A stretch of 64,000 nt of DNA from an uncultured Verrucomicrobiae bacterium (lineage in GTDB: Bacteria; Verrucomicrobiota; Verrucomicrobiia; Limisphaerales; Palsa-1400). Positions 12,203-21,051 of this stretch are shown here, piece after piece (positions within the stretch are counted from its first letter, which is position 1; every line of letters begins with the position of its first letter). The notes beneath the pieces were generated by a model. The model did no database searches. It was not told the DNA's origin and saw nothing but the letters and a program-made list of their open reading frames with translations. The DNA is taken from NCBI GenBank assembly GCA_963707025.1, contig CAVPOM010000006.1, positions 1-64,000 of the forward strand, given 5' to 3'. Position numbers and translations under genes: made by a program.

Positions 12203-13345
12203 ATGGATGAACTGCTTAATGAGGTTAACTGGTTTGAGTTGGCGGCGATTTCGTTTCTGGTTTGGTTCGACCTCGCCCTGCTCCTTCTTGTCCTGGTTCA
12301 TTACCTGGTGACGCTGCCCATGCGCCGCGCGGAACGGGCGCGGCTCTTTCTGGAATTGATCGAAACGGCCATCAAACAAGGCCGCCCGGTTGAAGAAACG
12401 ATCATTTCCCTCTCGCACAGCAATGACCGGTCCATGGGCCTGGGCTTCCACTTGCTGGCCTCTTGGTTGGAAAAAGGCTTGCGCCTCGGCGACGCCCTGG
12501 CCAAAGCGCCGCGATTTTTGCCGCCGCAAATCACCGCCATGCTAAACGCCGGCCAGAAAATCGGCGACTTGCGCAAGGTGTTGCCCTCCTGCCGCCAGTT
12601 GTTGAAAGACGCCGTTTCTCAAACCCGCGGCGCCATGAGTTACCTTTTTATCCTGACTTTTGTCATCACGCCTTCCGCGGTGGGGGTTTTCACCTACATG
12701 TCGGTGGAACTCCTCCCCAAGCTTAAAGAACTCGGCGAGTCAACCGGCGGCAGCATCACTGGAATTCAATTCCTCCTCGATCATGCTGCTCTGTTGCTCA
12801 CGGTCCAAGTCGGTTTGCTCCTTTTGCTCTGGCACGCCGCCTTTCTCTACATCGGCGGGCCGCGCGTTGTCTATTCCGTTTCAATTTCGGATTGGCTTCA
12901 TTTCCACCTGCCGTGGCGCAGAAAACGCCTGCAACGCGATTTCTCCACTCTGCTCGCCATCCTGCTGGATTCCGGCGTGCCCGAACCCGAAGCCGTCGGC
13001 CTTGCCGCCGACGGCACGGCCAACAGGTTTTTTCGCCGGCGCGCCGCCCGGGCCGTCGAGAGTTTGCGCCAGGGTGTGAAGCTGACCCAGGCCGTCCAGT
13101 CCCTGGATGATTCCGGCGAGTTTGCCTGGCGCCTGGCCAACGCGGTCCACGGCCACACCGGCTTCCTGCAAGCCCTCGCCGGCTGGCACGAATCCCTCGA
13201 CGCCAAGGCCTTCCAGCAGGAACAAGCCGCCGCCCACGGCATCACCAGCGCCCTGGTTCTCTGGAGCGGTCTTTTCGTTGGCGCCGTCACTATTTCCGTT
13301 TTCACGCTTTTGATTTCAATCACCGACACCGCCATCCTATGGTAA
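12203..13345 (+). CDS. GspF/PilC-like platform protein 2
   Basis: GLRLGDAL, FSTLLAILLDSGVP, several TM segments. Confidence 0.8.
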   Translation: MDELLNEVNWFELAAISFLVWFDLALLLLVLVHYLVTLPMRRAERARLFLELIETAIKQGRPVEETIISLSHSNDRSMGLGFHLLASWLEKGLRLGDALAKAPRFLPPQITAMLNAGQKIGDLRKVLPSCRQLLKDAVSQTRGAMSYLFILTFVITPSAVGVFTYMSVELLPKLKELGESTGGSITGIQFLLDHAALLLTVQVGLLLLLWHAAFLYIGGPRVVYSVSISDWLHFHLPWRRKRLQRDFSTLLAILLDSGVPEPEAVGLAADGTANRFFRRRAARAVESLRQGVKLTQAVQSLDDSGEFAWRLANAVHGHTGFLQALAGWHESLDAKAFQQEQAAAHGITSALVLWSGLFVGAVTISVFTLLISITDTAILW

Positions 13346-13716
13346 TCCGCCCGCGCCAACCTATAAAACCGCGCGGCATGTTGCTCGCCGAAATGGCCGT
13401 CGCCATCGCCATTCTCGTCATCGCCCTCCTGCCCCTGGGTTACGCCGCCAGCTTCAATGCCAGGCTTTTCCGCGCCAAATACGAGCGCGCCGTCGCCCTG
13501 GAAATTGTGGACGGCGAAATGGAAATCCTCGCCGCCGGCGAATGGCGCGCCCTTCCCGAAGGCCCGCAACCCTACGCCGTTCACGCCCAAGCCGCCGCCA
13601 GCCTGCCGCCGGGACAATTCCAATTCACCCGCGCCGGCAACCATCTTCGCCTGCAATGGTCCTCCATCGAAAAGCACGGCATCGGCGTCGTTGTCCGGGA
13701 GGTGACTGTCCCATGA
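13339..13716 (+). CDS. Type IV pilin-like protein
   Basis: RG-MLLAEMAVAIAIL prepilin motif with E5. Confidence 0.75.
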   Translation: MVIRPRQPIKPRGMLLAEMAVAIAILVIALLPLGYAASFNARLFRAKYERAVALEIVDGEMEILAAGEWRALPEGPQPYAVHAQAAASLPPGQFQFTRAGNHLRLQWSSIEKHGIGVVVREVTVP

Positions 13717-14222
13717 AAACCCGCGCGCTCCGCCCAACCGCCCCCCGGCGCGGCTACTTGCTTCTGGAATGCCTGGTTTACTTTATCGTGCTTGCTGCGG
13801 TCATGGTCGTCACGATGAGAGGATTCTATCATTGCTGGGACAACAGCAAGGCCCTGCGCCACAATGCCGATGACATCATCCGCGTCCTGCACGCCGGCGA
13901 GCAATGGCGCGCGGACCTGCGCGCGGCCAGCGCGCCGGTGCAATTAACCCAGGCCGGGGACGCCGAACAACTCCGCATCCCGTGCCCCGCCGGCCCGATT
14001 ATTTACACCTTTGCCAAAGGAGAACTCCGGCGTCAAACCACTTTCCCGGCCGCCACCAATCTGCTGCTCTCCAACATCCATTCATCCCGGATGCAATCCG
14101 ATCCGCGCCAGCGCGTCACCGCGTGGACTTGGGAACTGGAACTCAATCCCACGCGAAAGGATGCCAAGGTCCGCCCGCTCTTCACCTTTGAAACCGTGGC
14201 TGGCGCCGCCAGCGTCCGATGA
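13713..14222 (+). CDS. Type IV pilin-like protein
   Basis: RRG-YLLLECLVYFIVL prepilin motif with E5. Confidence 0.75.
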   Translation: MKTRALRPTAPRRGYLLLECLVYFIVLAAVMVVTMRGFYHCWDNSKALRHNADDIIRVLHAGEQWRADLRAASAPVQLTQAGDAEQLRIPCPAGPIIYTFAKGELRRQTTFPAATNLLLSNIHSSRMQSDPRQRVTAWTWELELNPTRKDAKVRPLFTFETVAGAASVR

Positions 14223-14461
14223 AAACAGGCTTATCCAATTCCCGTCCCGCGCGCCGCTCCCGAGGCGGCTCCGCCGTGCTGGCCATGCTGGCTTTGCTCA
14301 CGGTCATGATCATGCTCATCGCCGCCAATGTCGCCACTTTGAACCGGCTCAACCGGGAAGTCAAAGGGTTGGAGAAACGCCAGCTCCAGCGGCTCGATCC
14401 ATCGCTCAAACCCCGGCTGCATCCCTGGCAAACCGCCACCAATTCCCCATCCGCAAAATAG
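14219..14461 (+). CDS. Short PilX/GspK/ComGG-like pilin (no E5)
   Basis: RGG-SAVLAMLALLTVMIML; ATGA-coupled to the previous gene. Confidence 0.65.
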   Translation: MKTGLSNSRPARRSRGGSAVLAMLALLTVMIMLIAANVATLNRLNREVKGLEKRQLQRLDPSLKPRLHPWQTATNSPSAK

Positions 14462-14484
14462 AGCCGGCCCAGCTTCACCATCCT

Positions 14485-15177
14485 CTATTTCTTTTGGACT
14501 GGCTCCGGCTTGATTGTCTTCTGCGCCTTCTCCTTCTCCCACGCCTTGGCCAGCTCCTTGACCACCTCTTGCGGATAGTTCACCCCGCCGTTCCGTTTGA
14601 TCTCCCTTTCATAGACAGACCGGACCGTGTCGCCATAAACCCGGGCGCTGCCCACATAAGGGTAACAGCGTTCCCGAATCTCCGCCAAATGCCCGCTGGC
14701 ATCCACCAGCAGTTCGTAAGGCGGCATGGCCGGCACGACTCCCGGATATTTCACCGAGTCGTGATCCACCTCGACCGCCCAGCCCCCGTCAAATGGAATG
14801 GCGTTGAAGATCCTCTCCTTGACAAAAGACGGTCCGCGCCAAATCACATGCAGCAACTGGACCACCCCCGCCGCACCCTCCGCGCTTCCCACCGCAATCC
14901 GCTGCTTGCTCAGGAACGCCATCGTGGGAGTCTGCCAATAGCCGGCGCCCTTCCTCGGCTCCGCATTCTCCCGCGCGGCCGACATCAGAACCAGCGTTTC
15001 ACCGGTGGCCGAAACCAAGGCCCGGGGTTTCGCCGCCGTGTCCGGTTGAAACGCGCAGCCCGGCAGGTATTGCTTCACCAATTGTTTCAATTCAATTGCG
15101 TTCGTCGCCCCCGCCATGGAGCGGAGCGGGATGGCCAGAAGCATGGCTGTCATCAGCACAATTGTTTTCATATCCAA
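14485..15177 (-). CDS. Exported hypothetical protein
   Basis: MKTIVLMTAMLLAIPLRSMA signal peptide. Confidence 0.6.
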   Translation of the reverse strand: MDMKTIVLMTAMLLAIPLRSMAGATNAIELKQLVKQYLPGCAFQPDTAAKPRALVSATGETLVLMSAARENAEPRKGAGYWQTPTMAFLSKQRIAVGSAEGAAGVVQLLHVIWRGPSFVKERIFNAIPFDGGWAVEVDHDSVKYPGVVPAMPPYELLVDASGHLAEIRERCYPYVGSARVYGDTVRSVYEREIKRNGGVNYPQEVVKELAKAWEKEKAQKTIKPEPVQKK

Positions 15178-15383
15178 GGTCGCCCGCCCACTAACATACC
15201 ACCGGCCCTTCGTCTAATCAAATGGCCTGCCCGTTGGGCAGTGTCCTGCTTTGGTGTAGAGTCGAGCCTGTGGCTCGACTTCGGCGCACAGCACGTGGAG
15301 GGAATGGAACCCTCATCCCAGGCTTCTCCCAACCCCAAATTCCGGTCGTGTACGGTTAGATTGCATCTGATCCTCCCGAAAAG

Positions 15384-15675
15384 GTGTCCTAATTTGAGTT
15401 ATTTCTGACCGTGATTTTGGTGGTCAATGGGACATTTGCCCAAATATGCTGGATATTCGCGTCCACAATGAGGGCATGTCTTTTTGCTGATGGTGTCCTC
15501 CTCATCGGCGGACTTGTTTTTCTTCCGATATACGAATGCCAAAATCGCACAGACTGCCAAAATCCCGGCACAGAAGAGGTTGTATGGCACGCTGTGAGTT
15601 AATGCCGGGTTGGGAGGATTCCCATATCGGTCGGCGAGGATTACTGAAATACTCATTTCGGTAGTGTCCTAATTT
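15384..15675. repeat. 12-bp direct repeats GTGTCCTAATTT bracketing a small ORF
   Basis: Perfect copies at 15384-15395 and 15664-15675; 10/12 copy at 15241-15252. Confidence 0.75.
15399..15656 (-). CDS. Small membrane protein with C-terminal zinc-ribbon-like motif
   Basis: One TM segment, then CPHCG...CPID. Confidence 0.6.
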   Translation of the reverse strand: MSISVILADRYGNPPNPALTHSVPYNLFCAGILAVCAILAFVYRKKNKSADEEDTISKKTCPHCGREYPAYLGKCPIDHQNHGQK

Positions 15676-15770
15676 CACATCCCGAGACCGGGGGGGACCC
15701 CATGAATCCAAAAGAAAATGTTGAAATTCGCGGCCATCCCGCCTTCCCCGGCCGCATGGTGACGGTGATT

Positions 15771-16691
15771 TTATTTTAGCCGGTTGAAGGTGTCTTGCAG
15801 GATTTGCCAGTCCTTTTTGCCGGCGACTTTCTGTTGCGCCGCCGCGATCAGGCCGGCCTCCAGCTTGTTCTTGGTGGGACGGTCGGATTTGTAGAAGATG
15901 CCGAAGTAGCCCGGAAAAGGAGCGTTGGCCAGTTTGTAGGCGGCCACTTCGTCGGTCACGTCATGGTCGGCGGGCACGAGATTGAACAGGCCGCCTTTGC
16001 GGGGGTTGGAGGCGTCGAAGGCCCCTTCGTAAAACTCCACGCATTCGCTCAGGCATTCGATCACGCTGAAACCATCGTGGTCCAGGGCGGCCTCCATCAT
16101 TTGCAGCAGATGATTGGGGTTGGTATGGGTGGCGCGGGCCACAAAGCTGGCCCCGGCGGCAATCAACTGCTTCATCGGGTTGATCGGCTGGTCCAGCGCG
16201 CCCGCCGTGTCTGTCTTGCTCTTGAATCCTTGGGGCGAGGTGGGGGAGGTCTGCTTCTTGGTCAGGCCATAAACCCAGTTGTCCATCACCACGTAGGTCA
16301 GGTTGATATTCTTGCGGGCGGTGTGGGTCAGGTGGTTTCCGCCGATGGAATAGGCGTCGCCATCGCCCCCGAAGACAAAGGTGTGCAGGTCGGGGCGGGA
16401 GAGGGAAATCCCGCTGGCAAAGGGCAGGGCGCGCCCATGAATGAAATGGGCGCCGTAGGCCTGGACGAAATAAGGAAACCGGCTGGAGCAGCCAATGCCC
16501 GCGACGGTGGTGATTTTTTCGTGGGGTAGCTGGCGCTTTTCCAGCAGCTTGAAATAGAGGGCCAAAACGGAAAAGTCGCCGCAGCCGGGGCACCAGGTGG
16601 GGTGGTCGGCGGAGAGTTCTTTTTTGCTGAGCGGCTTGCGCTCCGGTTCGGCCGCTGGCGCCGGAGGCGCATCGAGGGTGATTTGGCTCAT
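15771..16691 (-). CDS. korB: 2-oxoacid:ferredoxin oxidoreductase beta subunit
   Basis: WCPGCGD, GIGCSS, HGRALP, GGDGD, YGLTKKQTSPT. Confidence 0.93.
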   Translation of the reverse strand: MSQITLDAPPAPAAEPERKPLSKKELSADHPTWCPGCGDFSVLALYFKLLEKRQLPHEKITTVAGIGCSSRFPYFVQAYGAHFIHGRALPFASGISLSRPDLHTFVFGGDGDAYSIGGNHLTHTARKNINLTYVVMDNWVYGLTKKQTSPTSPQGFKSKTDTAGALDQPINPMKQLIAAGASFVARATHTNPNHLLQMMEAALDHDGFSVIECLSECVEFYEGAFDASNPRKGGLFNLVPADHDVTDEVAAYKLANAPFPGYFGIFYKSDRPTKNKLEAGLIAAAQQKVAGKKDWQILQDTFNRLK

Positions 16692-16730
16692 AAATTTTAT
16701 CTCTTTAAATTTTTCCTTGCGTGGTTGAAA

Positions 16731-18554
16731 TCACATTTTGCCCAAGCCGGCGGCGATGGTGCTCCTGGCCCGCTCCAGTATTTCCCGCACGCGCCAGGTC
16801 AGGCCGTCGGTCTTGTTGAGGCCGCGGATTTTGGCATCGCAAAACCGGGCGCGCAACAGGCCGGCCAACTGGCCGTAGCCGTAAAGGCCCTCGTCGTTCA
16901 TCTCCACGACAAAAACGTGGTTGAAACCGGCGAAAATGTTTTCCAGCCCCGGCGGCAGCGGGTTGATGTAGCGGATGTGGACGGCGGAAACGCTGTCGCC
17001 CGCGGCGCGTGCCCGGTCCACCGCTTCGCGCAACGGCCCCTGGGTCGAGCCCCAGCCGGCCAGGAGGAGATTGCCTTCCGGCGGCCCATAGACCTGGGGC
17101 GCCGGCAGTTCGGCGGCGAGGTTCTGTAGTTTGCGGCGGCGCTTGGCGGTCATTTCCATATGCAGCTTGGGCGAGCCGGTGGGATGGCCCATTTCATCGT
17201 GTTCCAGGCCGCTGGCCACGGGATATTTCCCGTTCAAGACGCGCGTGCCGGCGACCTTGCGCGGCGTCACCCCGCTGAGGGTGTCCAGATCGTAAGGGGT
17301 GTATTCGGCCACGGCGCTCAGGTCCGGCGAAATGTCCTGGCAAACCTTTTCCAAGTTTGGCTCGGCAAAAGCCTCGATGCGCGTGGCAATGGCCTGGTCG
17401 CTCAAGATCACCACCGGCACATTATATTTGCGGGCCAGGTTGACCGCCTCGATGGCGGTATAAAAACAATCCTCCACCCCGGTGGGGGCCAGCACGACCC
17501 GGGGGGCGTCGCCGTGGCCGCCAAAACAGGCGATGTTCAAGTCCGACTGCTCGACGCTGGTGGGCAGGCCGGTGGAAGGTCCGCCGCGCTGCACGTCCAC
17601 CACAATCAGCGGCACTTCGGCCATGACGGCCCAGCCCAAGGCCTCCTGTTTGAGGGAGATGCCCGGGCCGCTGGAGCCGGTCACGGCCACCCGTCCGGCC
17701 CAACTGGCGCCGATGGCCATGGAAATGGAGGCGATTTCATCTTCGCACTGCACAAACGTCCCCCCATACTTGGGAAGTTCGCGCCGGAGCAATTCCATGA
17801 TTTCCGACCAGGGGGTGATGGGGTAGGCGGCGCCGAAGCGCACCCCGGCGGCGATCAGCCCGTAAGCCAGGGCCTCGTTGCCGGTCATGACCAACTGCTG
17901 GCCGCTGCGATTTTTAGATTCGATGAACTGGAAGGTCTCCAGCACGTTGCCCACCGAATAACCGTGTCCGGCATGGAACGCCATCATGGCATTTTTGACC
18001 ACGCTCTCGTCCTTGCCCCCGAATCGCTCCGAGATCAGCCGTTCCAGCTTTGGCACGTTCAAATCAAAAATCTTGGCCACCAGGCCCAAGGCAAAGATGT
18101 TCTTGCCCTTGTCCTTGCCCGAGCCGCCGATGGCTTCGATGGTCCGGCTGGAAATGGGGATGCCCAGATGGCGGTATTCCTTTTCCCACTCCGGATTGGG
18201 CTGGACGTGGTCCGAATCATAAATAATCATGCCCCCTTTGCGCACGGAGTTGACATGGCTTTCGTAGGAATGTTGGTAAAAGGCCATCAGCACATCGGCC
18301 TCATCCCCCGCGCTCAGGACTTCCCCCGAACCGATGCGCACCTGGAAAATGGAAGGCCCGCCCGAAATGGTGGAAGGGATGGTCATAAAGGTCATCACTT
18401 CCTGCGCGCTCCGGCCGGCCAGCCGGGCCAGGAACCCGCCGATGGCTTGAATGCCGTCCTGGGAATTGCCCGCAAAGCGGATCACCACCTCCGAAATCTT
18501 CGATATCTTAGGGACATCCGCCGACACCCCTGCCGTCGCGTTTGCATCACTCAT
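16731..18554 (-). CDS. korA: 2-oxoacid:acceptor oxidoreductase alpha subunit
   Basis: YPITP, EDEIAS, SGPG, QRGGPSTGLPT. Confidence 0.93.
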   Translation of the reverse strand: MSDANATAGVSADVPKISKISEVVIRFAGNSQDGIQAIGGFLARLAGRSAQEVMTFMTIPSTISGGPSIFQVRIGSGEVLSAGDEADVLMAFYQHSYESHVNSVRKGGMIIYDSDHVQPNPEWEKEYRHLGIPISSRTIEAIGGSGKDKGKNIFALGLVAKIFDLNVPKLERLISERFGGKDESVVKNAMMAFHAGHGYSVGNVLETFQFIESKNRSGQQLVMTGNEALAYGLIAAGVRFGAAYPITPWSEIMELLRRELPKYGGTFVQCEDEIASISMAIGASWAGRVAVTGSSGPGISLKQEALGWAVMAEVPLIVVDVQRGGPSTGLPTSVEQSDLNIACFGGHGDAPRVVLAPTGVEDCFYTAIEAVNLARKYNVPVVILSDQAIATRIEAFAEPNLEKVCQDISPDLSAVAEYTPYDLDTLSGVTPRKVAGTRVLNGKYPVASGLEHDEMGHPTGSPKLHMEMTAKRRRKLQNLAAELPAPQVYGPPEGNLLLAGWGSTQGPLREAVDRARAAGDSVSAVHIRYINPLPPGLENIFAGFNHVFVVEMNDEGLYGYGQLAGLLRARFCDAKIRGLNKTDGLTWRVREILERARSTIAAGLGKM

Positions 18555-19014
18555 GTTTTTAAGCAGTTAAAGTTTAAGTCTAATCAGCCTCGTCTTGAGG
18601 GAGAGGAACTTTCTTCAGTTCCGCCGGCTCCGCCGCACGCAGATAATCTGACAAAACGCTAACACGGCAATATAAGAATGTCAAATGTTGTTGGAATTCC
18701 TTAAGTGCTTGCCATACAATCGCATACAGCCAATATCACCCGGAATCGGGACGGCTCTCAGCAAAAGTATTAGCAATGCTAATTAAAAGTGCGGCCCGTT
18801 TTAAGCCCCGTCATAACGGTGGATTCGGCCTTTGCGGCCAGGAAAGGCTTGGGACTCGTTTGGTTTAACGCACCCCAATGTCCTCTTGTGCGCTGGACCA
18901 AACGCGACTTTATTCCGCGGCGCGACTTGTCCGACCAAGCCGCGCTGATACCCGGGCGGCCTGCCAGTGTGGGGGGCGACTTGTTGGACGCCCACTCATG
19001 CAGGCAGGGTGAGG

Positions 19015-19103
19015 TGCATTACAGCCGTTACACCGTTACAGTTGTTGATTATCAACGGTTTACGAAAACCGCCCCCGTTACACCCCGTTACACCCCGTTA
19101 CAT
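19015..19103 (-). repeat. Six-box GTAAC element, copy A
   Basis: Reverse complement aligns with copies B and C with one gap. Confidence 0.8.
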
Positions 19104-19290
19104 CCAGATTACCGTCCTTCATCAGATCGGTCAGGTCTTCGATGAGTTGCTCCCTATCGTTGGCCCCTTCGATGCTCTCCATTATCGTCAGCTCGCTTAG
19201 CACAGACAAAAATCGCTTGAACCGCCGGGACTCGATTTGCGCCAAAAAAACTGTTGTTTCAGGCTGTCTCGTGTGGCACCATAACTTTGC

Positions 19291-19464
19291 ATGAAAAACG
19301 TGTTCGTAAGCAACCACACCAACGGGATAGACTGGAAAGCGGAAGCGCGGAAGCTTCGGCGGACCGGGAAGCGCATTACCGCTTCGCGAACGGCTTCGAT
19401 GCGTCTCTTGTTGGCCACCGGCATGTACACGGCCAAGGGCAAGTTGAAGCCCCAATTCCGCTGA
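19291..19464 (+). CDS. 57-aa basic protein, putative antitoxin (not in the ORF track)
   Basis: MKNVFVSNHTNGIDWKAEARKLRRTGKRITASRTASMRLLLATGMYTAKGKLKPQFR; TGA overlaps the next ATG (TGATG). Confidence 0.6.
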   Translation: MKNVFVSNHTNGIDWKAEARKLRRTGKRITASRTASMRLLLATGMYTAKGKLKPQFR

Positions 19465-20036
19465 TGCTTTCCCACTCGCTTGCCATCGGCTATCACGGTT
19501 GCGACCGAAGTTTGGCCGGGCGCATTGTCGCCGGGCAAACAGAACTCAAACCAAGTGAAAATGCCTGGGACTGGCTTGGGCACGGCATTTACCTTTGGGA
19601 GGACAGTCCCGCCAGGGCCTTGCGTTGGGCAGAGGCCGAGGCTGGACGAACCGCAAGCAAGATCAATTCTCCCGCCGTCTTGGGCGCGGTGGTTGACTTG
19701 GGGAACTGCCTGAATCTCGCTGACACCGAAGCGTTGAGCCTGGTAAAAAACGCCCATCAAACTTATCTCGAAGCCTGTGCCGCCTCGGGCTTTTCCCCGG
19801 CGGAAAATCACGGCGCAGACCTGCAAATCCGCCGTCTTGACTGCGTTGTGATTGAAACGCTCCACCACTTGCGCCAGAAGGAAGGCGAAGAACCGTTCGA
19901 CACGGCGCGCGGCTTTTTCTTAGAGGGACGCCCCTTGTATCCGGCCGCCGGCTTCCGCGAACTGGATCACATTCAAATCTGCGTTCGTTCGTCCAAACAG
20001 ATCATCGGTTATTTCCTACCGCGCCGAAATGTTTGA
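19464..20036 (+). CDS. Putative ADP-ribosyltransferase-fold protein (toxin candidate)
   Basis: GYHG, WLGHGIYLWE and HIQICVR motifs. Confidence 0.6.
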   Translation: MLSHSLAIGYHGCDRSLAGRIVAGQTELKPSENAWDWLGHGIYLWEDSPARALRWAEAEAGRTASKINSPAVLGAVVDLGNCLNLADTEALSLVKNAHQTYLEACAASGFSPAENHGADLQIRRLDCVVIETLHHLRQKEGEEPFDTARGFFLEGRPLYPAAGFRELDHIQICVRSSKQIIGYFLPRRNV

Positions 20037-20289
20037 CGGTTCGACAGGCGCTGGATCAGAGCGGACGGGCCCGCGCCAGAAGCGCGCTGGCGAGGGCGGA
20101 ACCCTCAGCGCTCTGCGGTCAAACAACAAAAATAGGCGTTTATGCGGGAGCCGATTATGCAGGAAGAGTTTAAAAAGTGAGAACTGAAACCGGCTCCCTG
20201 CTTCCCTGCTCCTGCTCTTCAACCCGTGCGTAAGCGGATAAGCGGCGTCCCCCTATTCGCCTTGGGCGGGGCGTGATACAAACGCGGGC

Positions 20290-20625
20290 GTGAAGCAAAA
20301 CAGAGTTTCTGCGCGTCGCCGCGCGGCCCACACCGATGCCACCCAACGCGCTCAACTACTGGCAGCGTTTGATCGCAGCGGGTTGTCCGCCGCCGATTTT
20401 GCCCGTCAGCAGGGCCTTCATTACACCACCTTTTGCGGTTGGCGGCAGCGCCGGGATCAGGCCAAAGCCTCGCCCGCTTTTGTCCAAGTGGAGTTGGCCC
20501 CTCCTGTGGCGCCTGCGGAGTTGGTGCTGGAAATGGGCACCGTCCGGCTGCGTCTGGTGTCGGAAGCGCAATTGCCCCTGGCGGCGCGGCTGCTGCAACT
20601 CCTCCAGGAAGGCCCGCGATGCTGA
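20290..20625 (+). CDS. tnpA: IS66 accessory protein TnpA
   Basis: SGLSAADFARQQGL...W...FVQVEL. Confidence 0.85.
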   Translation: MKQNRVSARRRAAHTDATQRAQLLAAFDRSGLSAADFARQQGLHYTTFCGWRQRRDQAKASPAFVQVELAPPVAPAELVLEMGTVRLRLVSEAQLPLAARLLQLLQEGPRC

Positions 20626-20975
20626 GTTTTCACGCGCATCTCAAGGTGTTCCTGGCGACCGCGCCGTGCGATTTGCGGATGAACTTCAACGGGCTGTGGG
20701 CGGCGGCGCAGGAACGGCTGGGGGAAGATCCCAAAGGCGGGGCGTTGTTTGTCTTTGGCAACCGGCGGCACAACCGGATCAAGATTCTTTATTTTGACGG
20801 CACGGGCGTCTGCGTGCTGTCCAAGCGGCTGGAAGAGGGCACGTTTCACTGGCCGCAGAGCGCGGGCGCGCCCGGGGCCAAACTGCGCCTGGCCCCGCAA
20901 GCCTTGCAGCTGCTACTGGACGGGGTGGATTTGAAGGACGGGGCGCGCCGGGCCTGGTATGAGACCACTGCGTAA
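20619..20975 (+). CDS. tnpB: IS66 accessory protein TnpB
   Basis: DLRMNFNGL, FVFGNRR, KRLEEGTFHWP. Confidence 0.92.
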   Translation: MLSFHAHLKVFLATAPCDLRMNFNGLWAAAQERLGEDPKGGALFVFGNRRHNRIKILYFDGTGVCVLSKRLEEGTFHWPQSAGAPGAKLRLAPQALQLLLDGVDLKDGARRAWYETTA

Positions 20976-21051
20976 AGCATAAGAACATTTTTTCATAAAA
21001 TCGCAAAAAAGATTGAACATCTTGAGCGACGGATCGTCTGATTGACAGACG

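Noticed and set aside
18769..18783. Palindrome ATTAGCAATGCTAAT as a named regulator site for korA
   Set aside because: Single short occurrence that I cannot assign to any regulator.
20030..20125. Integron attC site after the ART-like gene
   Set aside because: An imperfect hairpin exists (TGTTTGAC...GTCAAACA) but it lacks the RYYYAAC...GTTRRRY arrangement and no integron integrase is present.
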